Part shown: positions 36,279 through 46,032 of the stretch, piece after piece
How the letters are laid out: every line of letters begins with the position of its first letter
Numbering within the stretch: the first letter of the stretch is position 1
IMG/VR virus record: IMGVR_UViG_3300010352_000625
Location: 128,001-192,000 of that record
Length of the DNA stretch: 64,000 bases
Strand: one strand, 5' to 3'
DNA from: a virus
Lineage: Duplodnaviria > Caudoviricetes
Program-made: the position numbers and the translations under genes
Notes under the pieces: model-generated
What the model was told of the DNA's origin: nothing
Seen by the model: the letters and a program-made list of their open reading frames with translations, nothing else
Database searches by the model: none

Positions 36279-36992
36279 TTAATATTCTCCTAATTTTACA
36301 ATATCACGAAATAAAAATCTAATGTTAGCTTTACTATTTATCTTATCTCCATGAAAATGACCACAATACCACTTGTCAAAATTCACTTTATTATATATAT
36401 GTTGTAGCCAATGCTCAGTTGAATTGTCAACTCTATTTTGATTAATCATAGGCAGAAACTATTCAGTAGGTCTAAAATCATAAGGGCATGTATGAGATAT
36501 AACATAATCTATATTCCAATTGTTATCTTCTAGTTGCTTCTCTACATAATTTTTAATTTCTTCTGATGGTTGTTCATTCTCCCACCAGTTATAACCTCGT
36601 TCTAATCTATAATATTTATCAACACTATATGCCCCACCTATAGCAATACATCTTTTATTAGTAGTATCAGTTATCGGTAGATTATATATTTCACCATCAA
36701 TAGCAAATATTATATTAGGATACTCATCTTCTGCTAATGCTGTACCACCATAAAACTCAATCTCTTTATAAGTATTGATATTAGTTGCTCTTGCTTCGTG
36801 ATTACCATGTATATTAAATATCTTAATATTCAAACTATTTAATTTAGTTTTACATTCTTTAGTAAACTGATGATTATTATCAAAGTAATTTATACCTGAA
36901 TCCCCAGCAATTATCATCATATCATTTTTATTGAATTTTGATTTATATAATCTATGAAAATCACCATGTGTATCTCCAGTAATGTATATCAT
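36279..36992 (-). pseudogene. Metallophosphoesterase with in-frame TAG at 36459-36461
   Basis: GDTHG, AGD, GNHE, GGAYSVDK and SHTCP precede the stop; FLPMINQ...WYCGHFH continues in frame after it. Confidence 0.85.
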
Positions 36993-37127
36993 ATACTCAC
37001 TCCTTTTAACTGTATAATTATATCATACTTTTATATTTATGTCAATAGACAAAAAAAATACACCCAGTGAAGGGTGTATTTATGTATATACAATTCTCAT
37101 TTACTACTGAGAAACATCTTTATATAT

Positions 37128-37469
37128 TTATTTTTCTCTATCAACTATTAAATTTAAAGTATTTTCATTTTCTATCAACTTATTAATAGTCTCAGCAGAT
37201 ACTCTCAAATTACTTATAATATCTTTTAACTCTCTATATTCATAAGATGAAGAATCAACTCTAGGTATTAAATATTTATTTATATATATATAACAACTAT
37301 TAAGATATCCTATGCACTCCTTATATTTTTCAATTCTAATTTCTTTTTCCATTTCTTTCGCTTTTTCTTCTAATACTCTTGTAAATTCTTTTTTATTTTC
37401 GTCATCTGAGATATCTTTTACATAATTACTAATAATACTATTTAAATCATTTGGTTTAATATTTTTCAT
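37128..37469 (-). CDS. 'KPNDL'-motif family protein
   Basis: MKNIKPNDLNSIIS; PRVDSSSYEY domain. Confidence 0.7.
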   Translation of the reverse strand: MKNIKPNDLNSIISNYVKDISDDENKKEFTRVLEEKAKEMEKEIRIEKYKECIGYLNSCYIYINKYLIPRVDSSSYEYRELKDIISNLRVSAETINKLIENENTLNLIVDREK

Positions 37470-37659
37470 TAATTATCACTAACTCCTCTATTATGTTTTT
37501 TATTAAATCTAGCTAATGCAACTCGTTCTATAACTTCTAATATTTCAGCATTTATTTGGTTTAATATTTTTCATTAATTATCACTAACTCCTCTATTATG
37601 TTTTTTATTAAATCTAGCTAATGCAACTCGTTCTATAACTTCTAATATTTCAGCATTTA
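37449..37659. repeat. Exact tandem duplication of about 105 bp spanning a gene junction
   Basis: ATTTGGTTTAATATTTTTCATT...TTTCAGCATTTA occurs twice in tandem. Confidence 0.9.
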
Positions 37660-37846
37660 ATAGATAAACAGGTCTATTTCTTTCAACACAAAATTCTTCA
37701 ATTAATCCTTTTATATCTTCTTCTTTTTCTGCTCTTGATCCAGCATAATGAGATATAATTCTGATATCAGAATTTATTTTATGATAATCTCTAGGATGAA
37801 TATCTTTCAAGCTTTCAAGTTCACTAATATCTTCAAACTGTCTCAT
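37574..37846 (-). CDS. Hypothetical protein
   Basis: 90-aa ORF. Confidence 0.6.
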   Translation of the reverse strand: MRQFEDISELESLKDIHPRDYHKINSDIRIISHYAGSRAEKEEDIKGLIEEFCVERNRPVYLLNAEILEVIERVALARFNKKHNRGVSDN

Positions 37847-37852
37847 TATTTA

Positions 37853-38293
37853 TTATATCTTCTCTTTAATTAAAGTATACAGTATTGTAAAAGATATTTG
37901 TCTCATGAAATAATTAAGTTCTCTTACAATAAAAGGAGGTTCTATATTAGCATCTGTACTAGAAAATTCAAGTTTATCTAATTTAAAATTAGATGAAAAA
38001 ATACACGTAGTAACAAAATTCCAACAATATTTATCATCTTTAGATCCTAAGAATTTATTTATTACTGCTGTAGCTTCATCTTCAAAACTTAATTCAATAT
38101 ATTTATCTAAACTATTTACTTCTTCTTTATAATACTCAGATTCATTTTCATAGCTATCTTCAATATTTTCTTCTATTTCTACTTTCATATTCTTAACTAG
38201 ATTTATTATATCAGTGTCATTAAAACTTGAATTCATAGTTTGTTCACTAAGTATACTGTTTAACCTCTTAATTATATCATCTTCTTTTTTCAT
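37853..38293 (-). CDS. Hypothetical protein
   Basis: 146-aa ORF, AGGAG RBS. Confidence 0.65.
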   Translation of the reverse strand: MKKEDDIIKRLNSILSEQTMNSSFNDTDIINLVKNMKVEIEENIEDSYENESEYYKEEVNSLDKYIELSFEDEATAVINKFLGSKDDKYCWNFVTTCIFSSNFKLDKLEFSSTDANIEPPFIVRELNYFMRQISFTILYTLIKEKI

Positions 38294-38321
38294 AAATTAT
38301 ATCTCCTTTTATTTAATTATT

Positions 38322-38789
38322 TTAAATTTTTATGTAGTCTACATGTTTAAATGGTTTTAACATTTCTTCTGATATGTGAACTGTATAATTATCATTTTGA
38401 TCATATATAAAAGTTCTATCTAAAATATCTTTAATTGAAGAATAACGTTTTAACAATATATCTTTTAACTCATGGTCTCCAATTAATTGTCTAAATTCAT
38501 CGTATGATATATTCCAATCTTTAATATAAAAACCAAAAGTTACATCATCAATTTGACCATTATAATAAATTTTAACTGTATCTTTAATTGGAATAGTGGT
38601 ACCATCTTTAAATTGACCAACTATTTGTATTTTAGTTGAATCCCATATTTCATCATTAAATTGTCTGATAATTTTAAAATATTTAGGTTTATTATCATAA
38701 CTTTTGATATTTTTAACATAATCTATTAATCCTGCTTCTACACTAATAAATTTATCTAAATCATTTGGTTTAACCATGTATAATATCAT
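38322..38789 (-). CDS. 'KPNDLD'-motif family protein
   Basis: MVKPNDLDKFISVE. Confidence 0.65.
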   Translation of the reverse strand: MILYMVKPNDLDKFISVEAGLIDYVKNIKSYDNKPKYFKIIRQFNDEIWDSTKIQIVGQFKDGTTIPIKDTVKIYYNGQIDDVTFGFYIKDWNISYDEFRQLIGDHELKDILLKRYSSIKDILDRTFIYDQNDNYTVHISEEMLKPFKHVDYIKI

Positions 38790-38811
38790 ATCCCTTTAAT
38801 ATATATTAAAT

Positions 38812-39182
38812 TGGTGGAGTTAGGGGGAATCGAACCCCCGTCCAGATAAAATTTGTTCAGATTATCTACAAGTTTAGTTATTGTTAATTATTTTTAAAGT
38901 ATATAGCAATAACAAATATACTTATGATATATACAGTCTAAGTGAACTAATTACAGTCTAAAGGCAGTAATCTTTCTGTCTAAGTATAACTGTAACAATA
39001 CTATAAGCGTTGCTGAACTGTATTATACTGACTTCTAAACTAGTTTACAGCTTATCATTTAGGTCAGTACGGTTATGCCGCTAAAGCAAATTCGTTATTT
39101 GTTTTTTGTTGACAACTTTAAGGTGATTGTCTTCCCACTTGCAAATCTGTTTTAGTTTTATCGGTCGAAACCAATTAACCCC
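38812..39182 (-). ncRNA. ssrA: tmRNA
   Basis: 5' GGGGTTA...GGTTTCGAC, tag frame ...KTNNEFALAA*, 3' GGACGGGGGTTCGATTCCCCCTAACTCCACCA with G3.U70. Confidence 0.95.
38942..38991 (-). mobile_element. Ultra-short (about 41-50 bp) left/right-end fusion of the IS inside tmRNA
   Basis: TAGACAGAAAGATTACTGCCTTTAG (left end) joined to ACTGTAATTAGTTCAC (right end). Confidence 0.85.
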
Positions 39183-39212
39183 ATATATATTAATTTGTTA
39201 ATTAACTTCATT

Positions 39213-39692
39213 TTATTTAGGCCAAATATACTCTAAATTATCAGATTCAGACCAACCGTATTGACTATAAAATAAATAATTTTTTCTTAATAAATTACTT
39301 CTATGTGAAGCATGAAATTTAATATCTCCAAACCAATAAGGTTTAGAATAATTAGTTTTATATAATACATCTTCAGTTATGATTTTATTTTCTAATTCTG
39401 ATATTAGATTTAATATTTTATTTTTACATGTATCTTTATATCCTCTATTTATCCACTCATTACATGTAATAATAGCATATTCAGCTAAAGACCCTATATT
39501 ATTTCTCCACATCAATCTAGCTGGGTGATTAGTCCAACCTTTCTTTTTATAACTAGGTAAAAAAGTAGATATTAACTGCATCGCTTCAACTCTTTGTTTA
39601 CCGAGCCTTCTATAATCTAGTACTCTAGCGGATAATTTAAAATCAGCATAAGGTAAAAAAGTTTGTATTTTAATACCACCTTTCGATTTCAT
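39213..39692 (-). CDS. Pyrimidine-dimer DNA glycosylase-like (MSMEG_6728 family)
   Basis: QTFLPY.DF..SA.VLD.RRLGKQRVE, HPA.LMW, HASHRSNLLRK, Y.WP. Confidence 0.85.
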   Translation of the reverse strand: MKSKGGIKIQTFLPYADFKLSARVLDYRRLGKQRVEAMQLISTFLPSYKKKGWTNHPARLMWRNNIGSLAEYAIITCNEWINRGYKDTCKNKILNLISELENKIITEDVLYKTNYSKPYWFGDIKFHASHRSNLLRKNYLFYSQYGWSESDNLEYIWPK

Positions 39693-40063
39693 TCATAATA
39701 ATATTACTTTCGTTTATATATATTAATATTATATCATATTTTAGAAATAAATGCAAGTCTTTTATTTGTAACAATACAAAAAGATGTAAACTTATTGTCT
39801 ACATCTTTTTATTGAACTATAGTTTAATTATTAGTATATAATATATTAATTTAAAGCTGTACCACCATTAGTGATAGACCAGATTTTATCACAACCATCA
39901 CCATCCCAAAAAACAGTAACAGGTTCATGTTCAGTATCAATTACAATATTAAAACTGCGGTCATCATTACTTTTATTGTTGATAGCAGATAGAATTTCTA
40001 TCATTTTATCCGGTTCATATTCATTAGTAGAATATGTTATTATTAACATCTTTTTTGTCTCAT

Positions 40064-40321
40064 TTATTTAACATCTTTATATTTCTGAAGTTCTTTTTGT
40101 AGTTCGATTATTTCATGTCTTAATGCGCCAGTTTCATTGACTAAAGATTTATACACTAAACAAATTTGTTTAGGTGTGCAATCTGGGTCATATATTTCTC
40201 CATGCTCAAAACAATCATCGCAATTCAGTATATCTCTAGCCTCATCAATATCTTTAGCTTCAATATAACCTTCATCTGGCACTTCTGGACATACATAAAG
40301 TTTTATTATTTCATTATTCAA
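40064..40321 (-). CDS. Hypothetical protein
   Basis: 85-aa ORF. Confidence 0.55.
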   Translation of the reverse strand: MNNEIIKLYVCPEVPDEGYIEAKDIDEARDILNCDDCFEHGEIYDPDCTPKQICLVYKSLVNETGALRHEIIELQKELQKYKDVK

Positions 40322-40389
40322 TTACTATCACATCACTTTAATTCTTCTAATATTTTAGATTCATAAATTGCTAATCTGTTTATTACTAC

Positions 40390-40635
40390 TTATTCCTTCG
40401 CTTCCTTTAGTAATTCTTCTGCATTTTCTTTCATATATTTAGATACTTTAATATAACCTTGCGTATTGTTGTTATCATCGAAACCTCTAAATTTAACTCT
40501 AGCTGGGTATGCTTCTAATATTTTATCATCTTTCATAACAACAACTATAGACCAACCAAATATATGCAATTGCTGATTAATCCACCATAACAAACCTGAA
40601 TTTCTAAATTCTTCTCATGTTTTTCTATTTATCAT
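40390..40635 (-). pseudogene. Conserved phage protein with in-frame TGA at codon 7
   Basis: GAGG RBS, then MINRKT*EEFRNSGLLWWINQ...YPARVKFRGF. Confidence 0.6.
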
Positions 40636-40848
40636 ATTATTACCTCTAAATAAATCTGAAATTATTTCTGTAACATTTGGTCATATTCATATTCAATTAT
40701 TTCTTGTTCAGTTGGAGCTAAATATCTAAGTTCTCCGCAATATCTACATTTCCAACTTCGGTGACAAAGTTCTGTACTATAAGGAATCATATCTTTAGAG
40801 CCACATTTTAGACATTTAAATTCTTCATTTTTCATTCTTCACACCTTC

Positions 40849-41298
40849 TTATTTATTCTTTCCTATGTAATGAGCATATGTATTATATGAATCATATGTA
40901 TTTCCTATAACTTCTGTTATATAACACTGTGATAACATTTTTGCATCTATATTTGCACTATCTTCACCTTTTCGTGGAAAATGTACATTCCAACAATTAG
41001 TCCATCGGCAATATGTAACTACTCCAATATTATACGTTTGAGTTTCAAAATTATATGATTTAATAATATCTCTATTAAATATTTTAATTCCATTCATATC
41101 TACTCTACCAGAGCATCTAACTATTGTATTTGGGTCTACATGTAAAAATTGATAATATTTAAAAGGGTCATCAATATGTGTTATTATTAGGTCAGGCGTA
41201 GAAGTACCATCGATATTTCTAGTTAATATAAAAAATCCTTCCACCCATTTACCATCTTTTGTTTTTGCTTTACATAAATGTTCTATATATTCATTCAT
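40849..41298 (-). CDS. YopX-family protein
   Basis: KAK..DGKWVEG, VDPNTI..CSG..D.NG.KIF..DI, EVIGN.YD. Confidence 0.8.
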   Translation of the reverse strand: MNEYIEHLCKAKTKDGKWVEGFFILTRNIDGTSTPDLIITHIDDPFKYYQFLHVDPNTIVRCSGRVDMNGIKIFNRDIIKSYNFETQTYNIGVVTYCRWTNCWNVHFPRKGEDSANIDAKMLSQCYITEVIGNTYDSYNTYAHYIGKNK

Positions 41299-41309
41299 TT
41301 TAAAAATCT

Positions 41310-42350
41310 CTAATTAAACACTCTATCAATTACTGTTGACAAGTAAGTTGAATCATATGAAAATTCTTCACCTTTACTCTTTTTTTCTTCCATCATTTTT
41401 CTTAGACATTCGATAGTATGCAGAAAATATAGACTATCAACTCCAACTAGTTGATCTTCTAGTACATTAATATCTTGCAAATTCAGTTCGCTAATCTGAA
41501 ATGCCATTTTTAATATCTGACCAGCATTAATTTTCCACCCACGATTAATAAATTTTCTCATTCTCATTACTGAACAAATAGGATATTTACTACCAACATA
41601 TTTTAGTTCCTTATTCAATATTGCATCCAAGGCATCAACTGTATAATGTACTTTTTTATCCCATGAAGTCCAATAACACATACAATGTACATAATCAAAT
41701 GTTTCATGTATCTGAGTGGGTGAACCATAAAAACGTATAACCAATTGTATTTTATCAGATAGTGTGATTGCATTAGTTGACAAAAATACAGGCATATATC
41801 TTTTCTCTGTGTCATTCAATTTATCAATTTCACGACTTGAAATTTCGTCAGACTCTTTGATTGTATTCATATAAACTTCAGTGCCAAGTTCACTATTACT
41901 ACTGGCAATTCCATCTGAATTAACAATAACTTTAATTCTATCTGTTGTAGTATTCGTTATCATACCTGAAGGAATATCATCATCATTGTAATATCCATAA
42001 GCAAATGAGGTTAATTTTTTATTATTAGCTTTATATTCTTCTACATCTTTACCATCTAATACCCATGCATGAAGAACTTTTCCTAATTTATTTTCTCGAT
42101 TTTGATTATTATCATTAAAAATATTACAGTAATATTGTGCCACCCTTTTTGTAATATCTTTATTTCTAAAATATATATCAAAATCATTTGGTGTTTCATT
42201 ATTAATTAGTGATACTATACAACCACCAGTTACTATAATATTATCTTTAATATCTCTTGCTAGATCTATATCTGTAATTGATGTTACCCAATCGTTTATT
42301 TTATTATCAATTACTTTACTTACTTTAGTTTTTCTCATTCTGTATACCAT
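41310..42350 (-). CDS. Pol-beta-superfamily nucleotidyltransferase-like phage protein
   Basis: VTGGCIVSL...PNDFDIYF, NAITL, FDY.HC, R.RKF..RGW. Confidence 0.7.
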   Translation of the reverse strand: MVYRMRKTKVSKVIDNKINDWVTSITDIDLARDIKDNIIVTGGCIVSLINNETPNDFDIYFRNKDITKRVAQYYCNIFNDNNQNRENKLGKVLHAWVLDGKDVEEYKANNKKLTSFAYGYYNDDDIPSGMITNTTTDRIKVIVNSDGIASSNSELGTEVYMNTIKESDEISSREIDKLNDTEKRYMPVFLSTNAITLSDKIQLVIRFYGSPTQIHETFDYVHCMCYWTSWDKKVHYTVDALDAILNKELKYVGSKYPICSVMRMRKFINRGWKINAGQILKMAFQISELNLQDINVLEDQLVGVDSLYFLHTIECLRKMMEEKKSKGEEFSYDSTYLSTVIDRVFN

Positions 42351-42633
42351 CCTTTTAATATTTATTTTAATTATAACATGTTATATATGATTAATTACAC
42401 TATATCATGTATAATTTAAAGTATTTAATTATAATTCTTAAATACTCCATTATTACTCTTATAGTTTAGATAATCATTTTTAAGTTCTAGCATAGCTTCT
42501 CTGCGTACTTCATGTCTATACATAAGTTTTTCCCCTGTATACTTATCAATCATATCTTCAGGTTCAAAAGCCAGTTTAAGCAAACTCATCAGTTCTACTA
42601 CCATATCTTTATTCTTCATTTTTATATTCCCCT

Positions 42634-42993
42634 TTATTCTTCTATGTTTTCTATATAATTTTTTATTTTTTTATTATATCTTTTTATTTCTTGTCTATGC
42701 TTAAATTTATTGAAAACTTTTTTATCTACTAATTTTTTACCTCTACATGTAATACTATTCTTTTGTTGTTTATTTCTTCTGTGAGTTTCTTTAGTATATA
42801 CATCTTGGCCGACATTTGCTTTATTAAAATTATTTTTAGGACTAATTCCACCGGAAATTTTTTTATATAATGAACCATCTGGAAGTATTATACAATCACT
42901 TATATTTCTTCTTAAATTTCTATTAGTCATTTTTCGTATAGTTTTATTCATATACTGTCTACGTTTATAGTTAGTATAAAAACTTCTAGACAT
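42634..42993 (-). CDS. Basic hypothetical protein
   Basis: 119-aa Lys/Arg-rich ORF with GAGG RBS. Confidence 0.55.
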   Translation of the reverse strand: MSRSFYTNYKRRQYMNKTIRKMTNRNLRRNISDCIILPDGSLYKKISGGISPKNNFNKANVGQDVYTKETHRRNKQQKNSITCRGKKLVDKKVFNKFKHRQEIKRYNKKIKNYIENIEE

Positions 42994-43233
42994 TAGTAGT
43001 AATCACCTCAATCAGTAGTATCTTCTGTTATATCACTATTTATATTTCTAGATGGATAACTTTCAAATGTTCTAGTTATTTGTACATCTGCACCTATATC
43101 ATTTTTATTTAACAATTTAACTAACTTTTCTACTACTCTATCAACTATCTTATTATTTGTTGTAAACACTGAAAATTTAATAGTCACATCATTTGTATAT
43201 CTAAATTTTTCCGTCATTTTATATTCTCCTTAT

Positions 43234-43758
43234 TTAAACAAGTATTCCTTCAAAATCACTATTCAATCTATGATATTTCTTAATCTCAGGACTATCAGAC
43301 CCATATTTCTCAGCTATAGTTGAATATCCTTCATATATCATATCTGGTTTTCTAAGTTTAATTTTAACTGTGCCATCATCGTTGTGTGTCGGCAAACCTT
43401 TCTTTTCAAATATTTCAATCTGATTCAATGCACCATCAATCACAGCCTGTTTTTCTAAATCAGTAATATCTTCCCAATATTCAGTATCAAGCTGTATTTC
43501 AATATCAATTTTTTTAAGCAGTCTGTCTTTTGCGTTATTATATTTTACTTTATAAGGAAGATTCTTAAATGTTGGCAATACTGCACCACTCTTATCATCT
43601 TCTGTAGTTACATATATCAAAGCAAATCTGATATTATAACCATTAAGATTCTGATAATCTTCTGTTTGCAACATTTCATTCAATATTTCCCTGTCTTCTG
43701 TACTTGCATATTCATATCTAATATTTGTACTCAATTTATCTCCTCCATTAATATTCAT
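43234..43758 (-). CDS. Phage putative metallopeptidase-like protein (lacks HExxH)
   Basis: W..I...EKQAVID..L and KLRKPD..EGY..I.EKYG pattern. Confidence 0.5.
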   Translation of the reverse strand: MNINGGDKLSTNIRYEYASTEDREILNEMLQTEDYQNLNGYNIRFALIYVTTEDDKSGAVLPTFKNLPYKVKYNNAKDRLLKKIDIEIQLDTEYWEDITDLEKQAVIDGALNQIEIFEKKGLPTHNDDGTVKIKLRKPDMIYEGYSTIAEKYGSDSPEIKKYHRLNSDFEGILV

Positions 43759-43821
43759 TTCTTAATATGTCTATTATATCACAATCATTGACTTTTGTCA
43801 AGACTTTAATATATAGTTTAT

Positions 43822-44053
43822 TTATTTTTTAAATATAAAAATAGGTTCATATTTAACACCTTTATCTGATACAGTTATTATTATACAACAATTTAGATTC
43901 ATCAAATTTGATAAGTTTATTCAATTCTTTTTTGATATCATAGCTATCCTTAGTATAATTAGGAAATCCTACTATTTTATAATACTGAAATATTTTATCT
44001 AATTCTTCATCTATATTATTATCACTAACTATATAATTATTAATATCTATCAA
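43822..44053 (-). pseudogene. Probable internally deleted methyltransferase-like gene
   Basis: N-terminal FQYYK..GFP segment directly followed, out of frame, by a C-terminal-type GVKYEPIFIFKK*. Confidence 0.45.
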
Positions 44054-44182
44054 ATAATTTATGCACCTCTATTCTTTTATATAATCATTTTATTAATTAT
44101 TAATTATATTATAATTAATAAAATTAATAATATAAGTTAAATCAATAATTAATATTACATATATTCTAAGGAGTGTCTAACA

Positions 44183-44521
44183 ATGTCTTCTATTGCATGG
44201 GATAATTTTTTAAAACCAAATTTTAAAACTGAATTTTTTCTGAGAAACATTCGTTCATTTGACCTCGACACAAAATACAACTATGAAGAATTTTTAGACA
44301 ATCCTAAATCTTATTCTATGGTTTTTGCTGATACATACGATAGTAACTATATTGATGATGATATTGATATTGATGCTATAACACTAATTAATATGAGAGA
44401 ACAACAGAACATTATCAATAATATCGATACTAATTTAGAACAACAATTTAATGACCAAATGGTCAGTACTAATGATGAATATTATATCGAAGATGATGAA
44501 TATGAAGAAGATGAATATTAA
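44183..44521 (+). CDS. Highly acidic protein on the opposite strand
   Basis: AAGGAG RBS; Asp/Glu-rich, ending EDDEYEEDEY. Confidence 0.7.
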   Translation: MSSIAWDNFLKPNFKTEFFLRNIRSFDLDTKYNYEEFLDNPKSYSMVFADTYDSNYIDDDIDIDAITLINMREQQNIINNIDTNLEQQFNDQMVSTNDEYYIEDDEYEEDEY

Positions 44522-45213
44522 TCTCTCGCTTCATATTTATAATAATCATCCACAATACTAGTTAGAAACTTGACATCTAAATTATCTGGCAAATTAGATT
44601 CAGCAATTCTATACAAATTTTCTTTACATAAATAATTTGAATATTCAAGCAACATCTCAAAATCGATGTATCCATTTTTGATATCAGTTGGTTTGTAAGC
44701 CCCTTCTAATGGAAACTCAATTCTACCGATATCAATTAGCTGTCTAATCTCTAAGTTTAATCTATAAGCATTAGCTAGATATTTACAAGCTTTATTAAAA
44801 TCAGTTAAATTAAGAATTTGCTTTAAATTGCTTTCAGCACAATACACAAAAGAAGTGATTCTTTTGCTGATAAATCTATAATTATTGAATAATACTCTTT
44901 CCTTAAAGAATCTACTCTCATTAATTCTAACAGATTCTTTATTAACAAACAACATTTCAGTACAAGCAATATCACCTTTAGCTAACATGTTAAAAAATTT
45001 ACATAGTGAATAATAGCCATATTCAATTGTATCTTTATCTGATTTTTCATTATTATTTTTATTTCTGAAATTTTTAGTATCAATAGCTAGTTCTGTACCA
45101 TTCAATACATTACGTTTCTCTGGAGCATAAACACCTTTAATATCTAAATCACTTTCTGGGGTATGCGTACCGTATAATCTAGACCCATGTACTACTTCAT
45201 ATAATACATACAT
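44518..45213 (-). CDS. RlaP-like (PF10127-type) nucleotidyltransferase
   Basis: HGSRLYGT.TPESDLDIKGVY, YSL.KF..ML.KG. Confidence 0.82.
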   Translation of the reverse strand: MYVLYEVVHGSRLYGTHTPESDLDIKGVYAPEKRNVLNGTELAIDTKNFRNKNNNEKSDKDTIEYGYYSLCKFFNMLAKGDIACTEMLFVNKESVRINESRFFKERVLFNNYRFISKRITSFVYCAESNLKQILNLTDFNKACKYLANAYRLNLEIRQLIDIGRIEFPLEGAYKPTDIKNGYIDFEMLLEYSNYLCKENLYRIAESNLPDNLDVKFLTSIVDDYYKYEARD

Positions 45214-45250
45214 TGTTTTATATCTTCCTTCATTTTTAAAATTTACATTA

Positions 45251-45667
45251 TTATATGCTATCTTTACTCATTTGATGTAAAAGTTCTGTAATATCTTTTA
45301 TTATTGCATAATTCAAATCATGTGTTGTAGCTACTGTAACAATATACATACCATCATCATCTTTATATCTTTCAGCTAAACCTCTCAATTTAGCTTGCAT
45401 ACCTTCTCTGTCAAAATCAGTTCCATATTTAATTAATGAAGGTATATCACGTATAATTATTTGTCTTTTATTATCAACATTGTCATAAAATATATTTTTA
45501 TTGTTTATATCATCTGCTTCATTGATTATTATATGTAAAACAGTCAAACAATTATAAAGAATTGAATTTCTGTTTTTATTAAATTCAACATGCATTTTAT
45601 CAGCTATAATTTGTGCTAACCAACTTGTATCTGTAAGTTCTCTAGTTTTTATTTTCAGTTTAATCAT
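45251..45667 (-). CDS. Hypothetical protein
   Basis: 138-aa ORF after a promoter. Confidence 0.6.
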   Translation of the reverse strand: MIKLKIKTRELTDTSWLAQIIADKMHVEFNKNRNSILYNCLTVLHIIINEADDINNKNIFYDNVDNKRQIIIRDIPSLIKYGTDFDREGMQAKLRGLAERYKDDDGMYIVTVATTHDLNYAIIKDITELLHQMSKDSI

Positions 45668-45783
45668 TCCTTTCTATTTAATATATATTATATCATATAT
45701 ATAATGATTTGTCAATCAAAGATCATAAAAAAATGAATATACGAGTATATTCATTTTAAATTTTATTAATTATTATTTAATTT

Positions 45784-46002
45784 TTAGAAATTCGAATTTG
45801 GTAATGGATATTTACCTTTAATAAACTTACTAAAATATGAACCTTTACTTGGTGCATTTTTAAATGCCAACCAAACTTCTTCATTTACATTATAATAAGT
45901 ATAAGTTTTACCCGTAGCAAATGTTACTTGAAGTTCTTTTTTATCTTTATCATAACTAGCTTTTGTCATTCTTGTGCTACTAACAATATTAATATCTTCC
46001 AT
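45784..46002 (-). CDS. KTSC-domain protein
   Basis: V.SS....YD....L.V.F..G..Y.Y..V......F..APSKGSYF...IKG.Y. Confidence 0.9.
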   Translation of the reverse strand: MEDINIVSSTRMTKASYDKDKKELQVTFATGKTYTYYNVNEEVWLAFKNAPSKGSYFSKFIKGKYPLPNSNF

Positions 46003-46032
46003 TCTCTCATTCTCCTTTATTGAATATTATAT

